Origin: Salisapilia sapeloensis CBS 127946
Lineage: Eukaryota; Protista; Oomycota
Direction: 5' to 3'
Length of the DNA: 64,000 nucleotides
NCBI GenBank assembly: GCA_023334545.1
Contig: JAADVB010000061.1
Span: 18,780-82,779 of the forward strand
The translations under genes and the position numbers were made by a program. Shown piece after piece: positions 54,450 through 64,000 of this stretch. Within the stretch, counting starts at the first letter, position 1. Every line of letters begins with the position of its first letter. The notes beneath the pieces are model-generated. The model saw nothing but the letters and a program-made list of their open reading frames with translations, made no database searches and was not told where the DNA came from.

Positions 54450-55940
54450 TTAGTCTAGCTCTTCTCGATCGAGCACTTGGCCTCCGTGGTAGGCAACGTG
54501 ATGTAGCTTAGGCATCATACCGCCAGCCATTGCTGCTTCAATGATATTGTTCACTCCCTTGCCACTGAGAAAGTTATCTTCCAGCCCAAGAAATCGCAAG
54601 TGTGGACACTTGGCGCTCTGCAAGAGCTCCACGACAGGATTCACACTGCTGTCTGTAATAATGTTGCCACCGACACACAAGAACTGAAGGTCGCTGCAGC
54701 GACCTACTTGTAATGCCCCCATTAGACGCTTTAAACCAGACTCGCCTATGTAATTCCGACGAATATCCAGACGCTTCAACTTGGGTAAGGACCCGACTTT
54801 CAATAGCCACGCTACATCCACTGTCCCGACATCGGAGAATCCGTTGCCTCCAATCAAGAGATCTTCCAATAACGGACAAGATCCTTTTACGAGAGCAGCA
54901 CACAGGAGATGCAAAGCGTTGCCTCTGCAAGTGTTCGTGAAGACCGACACGAGACGCAGACTACGGAGCTTTCTACCAGCTCCAAGCTCAATCGCCTCGG
55001 CCACTTGCTGTACGACTTCTTCGCCCGAATTGTCGTGCGAAATGTCTAGCTCAGAACACCCCCACGCATGCAGTGCTGGTCCTGCTTCAAACTGATCGCA
55101 ACGGGGCTTAGCGTCGTTGTGCACCGCCAAGCTGCTTAGATTCGGGTACGCTCGAAGGAAGGCAGGACCGAGATCCCGAAATGCCGTCTGCAGTTGTCGG
55201 ACTTCGACCTCTAGATCCCGGACGCACGACGGGAGTACGGCATGTGCAGTGTGGTTCAGTTGCTTGCATTTAATCGTTTCAGTCCCTGGTAGAAATCCAA
55301 AGATATGGCGACGTAATTCATCCGTAAGATCCAATAGCGAATGCGGCTGCGACGTCGAGTACTCATGTCGAGCTTGTTTAAGCTGTCGGTGCACTGGCGT
55401 AACGCATACGTGTCGTCGCTTCCCAAGATTCCTTTTCGCGACGGCGGCTTCATGGAAGCTGAGCGATACGAGCGACTGCAAGCGGCGACGCAGCGTATTC
55501 AAGTTGCGGTATTCATTAAACGACGCTGCGCGCGAGTATAGCGACAGCTCGATGCGTTTCGCTAGTGACGGTGTGCGATCCGGCGCTTCCAATCGCTTGG
55601 ACGTATGCTTGGTCATGGCGATGATACGCTGGACCATGAGTCGGCGCTCTGGCAAGTCCGCGGGGCTTTGCCAGTGATGTAGATCCGCCGTATAGCGTTC
55701 CGGTAGTGCGCCAGGCTGCAGTGGCATGCCCGCGGCCCCGGATCGAAGGTGGTTGGAAGATGTTGACGTTGGTGGAAAAGTAGTGCGGGAACGCATTTGG
55801 ATGCGTCTTGAGCGACGGAGTGGGTGCGGGGTGGCTGTCGGGAACGGATCGAAGGACGTGTCGATGCTCAAGTTCGTCCACGGCCTTGTGTCGAGCGCAT
55901 CCGCAGCATGGTCAACTGTCTCGACCTTTACTCCGAACAT
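54450..55940 (-). CDS. KIX-like + F-box + RNI-type LRR protein
   Basis: WQSPADLPERRLMVQRI...LAKRIELSLYSRAASFNEYRNLNTLRRRLQ (KIX_2-like); LLDLTDELRRHIFGFL (F-box); LRRs L..L.I.GN.. / LDIRRNYIG. First ATG at 55940. Confidence 0.85.
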   Translation of the reverse strand: MFGVKVETVDHAADALDTRPWTNLSIDTSFDPFPTATPHPLRRSRRIQMRSRTTFPPTSTSSNHLRSGAAGMPLQPGALPERYTADLHHWQSPADLPERRLMVQRIIAMTKHTSKRLEAPDRTPSLAKRIELSLYSRAASFNEYRNLNTLRRRLQSLVSLSFHEAAVAKRNLGKRRHVCVTPVHRQLKQARHEYSTSQPHSLLDLTDELRRHIFGFLPGTETIKCKQLNHTAHAVLPSCVRDLEVEVRQLQTAFRDLGPAFLRAYPNLSSLAVHNDAKPRCDQFEAGPALHAWGCSELDISHDNSGEEVVQQVAEAIELGAGRKLRSLRLVSVFTNTCRGNALHLLCAALVKGSCPLLEDLLIGGNGFSDVGTVDVAWLLKVGSLPKLKRLDIRRNYIGESGLKRLMGALQVGRCSDLQFLCVGGNIITDSSVNPVVELLQSAKCPHLRFLGLEDNFLSGKGVNNIIEAAMAGGMMPKLHHVAYHGGQVLDREELD

Positions 55941-57269
55941 TTGGTGTGGGTATTGGATATGGCGCCGGGAAAGTGGCAATGTGCGCTTGAAGCGTCAAGT
56001 CGGGAAATGAGGTCGAAAAAGGAGGATGGTATAGTCAAGTTTGTATCGCAGATCTCCAACGGCTCCTGACGCCACCTTTTTGGAAACGACCGGAGACTAA
56101 CGGGCGTAAGATCAGTGTATATTCGACGGCATTTCCACCGATTTTCTTGGTTGCGATGCTGCACGATTGTAGGCGCATGGTGTCTGGATGGTACGGCGAG
56201 ATCTTTTTACACTAGTATTTGTAAGGATCGCGATCGCACAATGAGGTAGCCTCTGCCAAGAAGGCGCACCGAAGCCGGTTATTCCATATTCGTGTTGTCC
56301 AGTTGATCTGTGAAAGCATTTGCCCAGTCCGCCCTTTGCTACAAACGGCTCGTGTCTCCTCGACGCCGAGGAAAAACGTTTGGTCATTACTATCGACGAA
56401 GAAATAAGGTCAGATCCAGCTCCATGCCCTGGCAGAGGACTGGGGACGACCGTAGCTCGCGACAAGCATGGAAAGAATGCAGGAAATTGCTTCGGCAGAT
56501 GGCTTCAAAAGTGTTAGATGAAATGGTTGAAGTTAGAGCAGAAAGGATTCGATCGGGTAGGGTTTTGGATACACTAGTGACTGCATTCGTTAAAACAACG
56601 ATTTAGATCTTGAAATAGCGTGTTGGTAGAGAATTAATGGAAACCTGCGCTTACAAGCTGATGGTTTGGATACTTTGAGTGGAAGAGTTTGCTATATCAT
56701 GCTAGTGAGTATTTTCATTAGAGCACATCCAAAAGGTGAACTTATAGGCTGTTAGAACTGAAAGTAAGGTCGTCCAACTTGCTCTTATTCGATATCTTAT
56801 CCTCGTATCTGCATCGTATTCGGAGGGTTTTCTGCCCATTCAAAGCTTGATAGGGCTCAGATATATTTATTGTCGTATCTCCGGTGCTCTTTACTCGCAG
56901 TAGGCGAGGATGACCCAAGGATACCAGAGACTCTCACCTTACAGTACCAAGTCATGCTTCGATTGATTACTTCTGATGCAGGCCACATCGTCGTTGACCA
57001 TGCGTACAAGTCGACAATGATCGCTTCATGATCTCGTAAGACTTTCCTATCTTTGCTGATGCTACAAGACATCCAGACAGTTTATGGATGGCGTGTGACT
57101 ATGCCAATGCTTCCTTCTATCGGCATATTTGCCATGTAGCTGCGAGGCAGAAAGGAATTAAGAGAAGCAGACACAAGAGAAATAAATACGCACGTGCGCT
57201 TGTAGGCAAGTAGAAACACATAGACCACACCGAAGCGAATGCATTCTTGCCAAAAGACTTAAACAAAGA

Positions 57270-58052
57270 ACGGAAACCAATGCTAGAAACCGACTACAGT
57301 TCATCTATCGAGTACTCAAACTTCTGATCCGGAAGACAGTAAACGCATTTGTAGAGCCTGCGGAACAAGCACCAACATTGCTCCTACATGCTCATAGTCT
57401 GTTCCATCGTTTTTGGTCGTCTGTGCTGCGCATTAAGGCTTCATTCGAGATCTCTCAACACTTTCATATGCAACTTCACTCCAGGTAAACACGACATGCT
57501 CTGTTGATCACATGTCTCTTGCTACTGCTTGCGTATCTTCATCATCTGGTTGTGCATCTTCATCCGCGCTCCAAACTCCCTCTGCCGAGCGTCCATCGGA
57601 TTCTGTAGACATACCACTTCCTCCTGTGCTTCACGTAACTTTTCCAGCTCCATTTGCAGCACATTCTGCTGGGCAGACATGCCCTGAATCGACAGACACA
57701 GGCCTGGTGCCAACATGAGTGTATTGTACTGAGCATCGAGCTCCTTTTGCGTGGCTTCCATATGCAAGCACAGATCTTTCATCATACCACTCGACTCTTG
57801 TGCTAAGATCTGTCCATACTCTTCAGCATGGCGTAGAGCATCCACAGAGGAAATGATTTTCTCAGTAGCTTTCCTTGTATATCTGGTATCTACATCAGCA
57901 TGTCGATCGCATAGCAACGATGAAGAGATGAAAACTTCTTCTTGTTCACTCATCACGCTATCTTCATTTGAACCGCTATCGTTTACCTCGTGTCCCTCAC
58001 TGCTACACATCGCATAGCGATTACCACGTCCATCGGTGTTGTTGGCATTCAC
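57270..58052 (-). pseudogene. Coiled-coil ORF (176 aa) whose frame continues through TAG/TGA stops: possible pseudogene
   Basis: ORF 57522-58052 continues ...KIRKQ*QETCDQ...RDLE*SLNAQ...SM*EQCW; the stops could derive from CAG/CGA codons. Confidence 0.35.
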
Positions 58053-58999
58053 TTAAAGAGAAGGAGAATCTTGAGCTTGATGATTCATTCGGAGTTGATT
58101 GAGGAATGAAAAATGAAGAATGAAAAAGTTTGGAGTTGGAAATTGGTTTTAAGTCAGAATGAAATTGTTTGAAAGTTGTGAAAGGGATTTATATTTAATG
58201 AAGAATTAGCTCATCGGAGTCGCGTTTACTTTAAATCCGCATACATATGGAGATTGATACATAGCTATATTGCTAGCGAATATATTATAATGTGAGGAAA
58301 TTATGGCTTTAGCTTTCTAAGATGAAGGCCATGGTATTGCTGTATTCCTCTTTACGATGTAATTAAACTGTTCGTAGATGGATATTATATTGCTTTACAG
58401 CTACTTGACACACAAGGGTGTATGGATCATGGCTTCCATGCCTTCTTGTGCTCAAAAGTCTCCGTAACTGTATCTTCGCGGAAACTTGTCCACTTTGTGC
58501 CTACAGACAATTGGAGTACTCTGAGTTCAGACTCATTACCTCTCTATCCTATGTGCATCAAAAGCTTTCTCAGATACAAGGCATTTATAAGTATAAATTC
58601 TATCGCTAATACCAACTTGCATCCAGGCATTTCGATCAAATCTTATCATAGTTTTTCAACTCAAGTGTAGACAGCTACATAGACTTCATCCACACAACAA
58701 TTGGGCAAGTAGGACAAAAATAAAGGCTTTCCATCTTACGTGGCATTCATCCTACAATATAAAGCATCCATCATCTCACGTCCATAGTCTATTGCAAATC
58801 GATCGAGAGCAAATTTATTAGCCCAAAGCATTTCTTCACATCAATCTCTAACACCTTTTTAAGATCTCCGCCACTCATCATTGGCTGAATCTGACTTTGA
58901 ACCCTTTTTATTTTTTGACAAAAAGAGAGCTATAGTTAATTGAAAATCCGCTTTTGAACCCAGCTCGTCCTATTGCTGACTACATCATCACAAAGTCTT

Positions 59000-61255
59000 A
59001 TGGACGGACGTTCGATCGTCTCTCTCTTCGCATTCGTCTCGGCGGTTCATGCCGCTTGCGACCGAGACACGACTGCCCTCACATCGTCCTGCAATGGCAA
59101 TTGCTTTTCAAAAAGACCTTGTATCGCGTATAAAACGTCAGACGAATCCTCTAGCGGTAATAGTACCTCCTGCACCGCTGGAGAGTTTAGTGTGTGTGTC
59201 AAGGATGACGACGGTTGCCTCTACGAATGTCTCAAGACCGGGAAAAACGATTTCGTTCAAAACAACGTCGTCGACTACACACGATTCACTTTTCTCATCC
59301 CATTTGGTGACTGGAAGAGCAAGTGGGAGGCATCTTGGGGCAGTGACGAAGCTGCGAGTGCTACCTCCCACCTTACAGATGATTGGACATCCAAGTTTCC
59401 ATCTAAAGGCAATGACATTCTCAAAGCTATCGAACCTCTCTCGTTCACGCAAGCCACAAGACAGCTCGTTATTGCTGGTGGAACAAGCGATCAAGGCGTT
59501 CGAGGTAAAGTCGTCGCAATCGACTTGTCTCCTGCCTTTTTAAACGACCAGACGGAACTTACGTCCGTGAAGCTCGTGAATCTTGAGCTCAAGCAAATTC
59601 CACAGTCGACTTTCCCTCCAAGTGTCCAGAACCTGACATTGTCCAACTGTCTCTTAAACGCATTTCCGGACGACATTCCGTCCATGTCATCTCTCTACCA
59701 TCTCGATTTGTCTCAAAACTATCTCAAGACTTATCCTTCGAAATTCGCATCCAGTTCCCTCGTTTCATTGAACATGTCTGGCAACGACATTGCTGATGAC
59801 GCATTCAATGGGCAATTTCCAAACCTCACGTCCTTGGACTTGTCGTCGAATGAACTGACAGCGATCCCATCTTCAGTCTTTGACATGTCCAATCTCCAGT
59901 CTCTCGATCTATCGGACAATTCGTTTAGTTCTATCGCTTTGACTTCTGATCAGTTTCAATTTCTCTCGTCCTTGTCTACTCTTTCCTTTGGGTCCTTCCA
60001 AGGTACCGACACTTGCGACTCAGGGGAGGAACAGACGCTTGCTAGTACCTCTGTTTGCGTCGGTGCCGCTTCAGACACGTCTGATTCGAATTCGAATCTT
60101 GGACCTATTCTCGGGGGTGTCCTCGGCGGCGTCGGTGTCGTCGTCATCGCCCTCTTATTGTACTGTGTCTGTCGTCGCAAACGCTCGACCAAGAGCAAGA
60201 CACTGACGCTCAATGCCATGTCGACGGCGCAAGGCAATAGCACTGTCGATCGAGGTACAGTGTCCCTATGGTCAGACCAGGAGCTCTTGTCCATGCAGCT
60301 AAACGTGGACGACTTGGAGGATATCCGACGTCTTGGTGCAGGAGCTCTGTGTGTTGTCATGCTTGCGAGGTATCGTCGCAAACAGCTCGTGGCGTGCAAA
60401 CGCTTGAAACGAGATGAAGTGACGTGGGCGAATACACAGAACTTTGTCACGGAGATCAAACTCATGCATTCGTTGGATCACCCTCGCATCGTGTCGTTCA
60501 TCGGAGCAGCATGGACGATCGAATCGGATCTACAAGCAGTCATGGAGTTCACCGAAAACGGTGACTTGCGTAATTACTTGGAAGCAAAGGATCCAAGGGA
60601 AGGATGGACACATGAAAAGCTGCAATTAGCTATCGATACGGTCGAAGCGCTTGTCTACGTCCATTCATTCCCACAGCCGATTGTCCATCGAGACCTTAAA
60701 TCTCGAAATGTGCTCTTGGACGGTGACTTTCGTGCGAAATTAAGTGACTTTGGCATTGCACGTACGGCATCGGACATGGCAACGATGACTACTGGCGTCG
60801 GAACGTATGTGAATATGTATCTTATATAGAGAATATTGTATTGATGATGTCTGCAGAGGACGATGGTTGGCGCCTGAGGTCATTTCAGGACAGAAAGATT
60901 ACTCCCAAAGCGCTGACATGTAGGTTTCTAGTAGAATTTGTATCCTTCCAAGTACTTAGATGTTTCTAGATGGAGCTTTGGCGTCGTCTTGTCGGAGTTG
61001 GATACACATCAGGTGCCGTATGACGACATCAAGGGGCCGAATGGAAACCGATTGGCCGATGTCGCGTTGCTGCAGATGGTCGCCATGGGCAATATTCGGC
61101 CGACGTTCACACCTTCATGTCCGGAAGATATTCGACAAGTTGCGAACAAGTGTTTGATGTTAGATCCGAATGATCGACCGACAGCAGTGGCGGTCGTGTA
61201 CTCTCTTCGTACGCTTCAGAAGTCAGTTAAGATCAAAGAGCGAAACACCTTATAA
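59000..61255 (+). CDS. LRR receptor-like kinase (TKL family)
   Basis: Signal peptide, Cys-rich N-terminus, LRRs (LDLSQNYL, LDLSSNEL), TM helix, kinase motifs VACK, HRDLKSRNVLL, DFG, GTGRWLAPE, D.WSFGV. Introns at ~60806-60857 and ~60920-60970. Confidence 0.95.
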
Positions 61256-63747
61256 GAGGTGGGGTACGATGGTGAGTGCTTTTAGCATAAGCAGAACAGA
61301 GATCTTCAGTCGCGTTTGTTTTCTTTTGCTTTGTACTGGAGTAGTAAGCGCTCGAATGAAATAAATGATATGTCCATACATAGTAATCGTACTTGCGATC
61401 CAAGTTTCTATATCTGTTGTTGACGTAGGTGATGGATTACAAAGTTCGTGTGAGTTGAGCAGAAAATCGGGTAATGTGCAAGGCATTCAAGGCAATATGA
61501 AAGCAAACATAGATTAATTGCTACGATAATCAGTGTCTGAGTCTTTGACGGTTCGTCCTACTATAACATCGCTATTCATCTTTCTATTTCTATGTCATAT
61601 TTCTGTGGGGCATAATGTCGAGCGTATCGTGGTTTCTCGTCGAAGTCATTCAGGTTGAAGTTGCATTCAATTTACTTGTGCTAGTGAGCTCTTCGTCATT
61701 TCATTGGAACGGAGTACAGTGTGAGTCGAAAATATCTATCAATTATTTCATTCACCACTGTACTACGTCTGCTCCGAAATAATAGCGAAGAGCTCATCGA
61801 GTCGTTCGCGCGCTTTTTCAAATCTGCAAATTTCGAAATCCAGGCGTGACTTGACGTCTGCTCGAATATCGTCTCCTCCTGATTGCATTAAAGACGAAGA
61901 CAGAGATAGACTAAGAATATAGAGCGGCATCTCCATTGCCAGTACAGAACACTCGCTTATGCCCTCGATATAGTGGGAGAAAGATACATTGAAGTGGTAC
62001 GCTGGGTTTCCGATGGCAAGCGGCAAACTAAATCTGCAATTCTCAGCAAACGTGGAAATACCCGATTTAATTATCATGAATATAATTACGAAAGCTGGGT
62101 CCCCAATAATGCCGAACTGCTATCCAACACGAACACGGCCAAAGCGTAATGTATTGTGTACATGCATAGCCTCGTGGCTTTGCCATCTCATGGCGACATA
62201 AACGTACTATAGGTTACTACCATTCATAGTAATCGAACACGATGAAGTATGTTTGCTTAAGAAAATCTCAGTAGAGATGATTTTAACGAATGGTAACTTG
62301 GGCTCAAGAAGATATTTTTTATTGCACCCTGGATGCATGTTAATCGTAGACATGTACATTGCTTCTGTATGGATATATCCCTGACAAGTGGCTGGTTAAT
62401 GGTGCTTATGCGTACAAGCCAATCGTACATATATGTGTTGCTAAAACTCAGATGTCTCGTACTCATCTCTATCATTCCGACGGTTGAATTATCTTGTAGC
62501 TAACGGCTAAGAGGCTCTTAGCTCGAATCCAGAACATCAGTGCACGTCGCAAATGAAACCTGCATCATACCGTTAGAAAAGATCTTTGTACCCGCAGCGA
62601 AGATTGGTGAGCTCCGTGGCTCTTTAAAAACAAGTAAACGACCTTAAGAAGATCTGATGAGACGTGCAGTTGATCGCATATTGATCAAAATGTCTGCACA
62701 CTAGGTCTAGTTGATCTAAAAATACTGCTCTATCGATAGCAAGTAGTATTGGCGAGACTGCTGTAAATCTAGGAACTATAACCCTGAAGCATGCATTCGT
62801 CTAGAGTCGACGACATATAAATGTACACTAATAGCTGTGGATGGACTAGATTTGAATGACTTATCCTTTACGAATGAGCTTCAAGCCCACATTAAATAGA
62901 CAGAAGCGCAAGTCGCTGGCTGAAGACTATGAAGGCAACCTTGGTGTGCTGAGCAATCTATCGAAGCGCATCCAGAACCGGCTCTCCAAGTTGAACGATG
63001 TCGCTGCTAGTACCTAGTGTGGAGATAGCGACAGTTTGCTGTATTCGGAATAGCTATCGGAATACGACCAGATCTGAGCGATCCGTATAAATACCGTTAC
63101 GGCAGACAACGGGGCACAGATCCGTACGGACGATAAGAACACGGGGTTAGCTTAAAGTAAGTATCTGTAGAGAAGGAAAACAACATCCGATGCCAGAAAT
63201 TGTTGAATGAGTTCTGCAATACCGTCGGTGAATAGGCAGCTACGTCTGGCTGTCAAGTAGATAGCAGTAAAGGAGAAGGCAGTGCACTTTGCAATACGCG
63301 ACCAGCCTCAACAAATTTACAATCACCACGTTTTTAATCGATTCTCGTAAGCAGGAAAAATAATATTGTAATCTTCTCCAAGATTGTATTTGCTTATATC
63401 TGTTGGTCATGAAGCTTAAAAGTGGATTCGAGATGTCTTATAGATAGCGTGTCATTCCTGTCATGTCGCACGCTTGTGTGACTCGAATGTCAGATGAAAG
63501 GGCACATCTGCTTACATGATTACTGCAGAGTGGATTGATGTAGCCACAAACGTAGCACGACGGATCAGGAGTAAGAGCTAGGCTACATATAGACCATCTG
63601 CAAGGAGTTGATCCGTACGATATACCGCAAACTGAGCTTGTCTGTCCGCATGCTTATCTTGACGCCTCTCGGTGTACTCATTTTCCAATCTTCGAGCCCG
63701 AGCTCAAGACCAACCTCCTCCAAGTTACCTTCCAACTTCTCATCAAC

Positions 63748-64000
63748 ATGGTTCAACTCACTACTGCAATCACCCTTGCTGTGGCGGCTCTGGCGGTTCA
63801 AGATGCTACTGCTACCTCCAACCTTCGGAACCACGCGTACGCCCAAGAGCAAGATAACGCTGGACTCGACGGTGCACTTGATGGCGTTGGCAACCTCGCC
63901 AATGTCGGTGGTTTGACGCACGGAGTCGGCGGTGCACTCGGCGATGTAGGCAACCTCGCCAATGTCGATGGTTTGACGCACGGGGTCGGTGGTGCGCTCG
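63748..64000 (+). CDS. Secreted Gly-rich tandem-repeat protein, 5' part (runs off the right edge; absent from the ORF track)
   Basis: MVQLTTAITLAVAALAVQDATA signal peptide, then SNLRNHAYAQEQD and 20-aa repeats GALDGVGNLANVGGLTHGVG / GALGDVGNLANVDGLTHGVG. An INR-like ACTCATTTT lies at 63676. Confidence 0.85.
   Translation, partial: MVQLTTAITLAVAALAVQDATATSNLRNHAYAQEQDNAGLDGALDGVGNLANVGGLTHGVGGALGDVGNLANVDGLTHGVGGAL

Noticed and set aside
56050-57250. Short ORFs 56112-56606 and 56857-57072
   Set aside because: No recognisable motif or consistent splice model. Treated as decayed or intergenic sequence.
63583-63981. Minus-strand 132-aa ORF with repeats
   Set aside because: It is antisense to the plus-strand secreted repeat gene, which has a signal peptide, an ATG and an INR-like element.

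Overview
Very gene-dense eukaryotic genomic DNA, almost certainly from an oomycete (stramenopile). It uses the standard code, has 45-65 nt GT-AG introns, an INR/FPR-type core promoter and an oomycete-style LRR receptor kinase. The axonemal dynein assembly factor DNAAF11/LRRC6 implies a flagellated zoospore stage. About 45 protein genes can be supported, mostly housekeeping: TBCA, AK2, HACD, nicastrin, ISCU, TRAPPC5, gamma-tubulin, ferrochelatase, LYRM1/2, sideroflexin, PIG-L, RPB7, RPN3, NDUFA13, BRF1, TIM50, cyclin, SLD5, PRP40, DPY30, LSM4 and SUMO. Many are spliced, so my models differ from the ORF track, and two genes run off the window ends and are missing from it. The main non-genic anomaly is a ~3.4 kb gene-free island (30.2-33.6 kb). 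It holds two identical tRNA-Val(AAC) genes, an imperfect palindrome of at least 430 bp centred almost exactly between them, and possible integrase relics. Other leads: a 22-23 bp motif shared by the upstream regions of ISCU and ferrochelatase; unusual domain architectures (KIX-F-box-LRR, FYVE-TM-GLTP, a Kelch membrane protein with bacterial-type modules, a KimA-like permease); and a secreted protein with a 20-aa Gly-rich tandem repeat at the right edge. From ~56 kb on, the DNA is more gene-sparse with decayed reading frames. All homology calls come from motif recognition by eye, not database searches.
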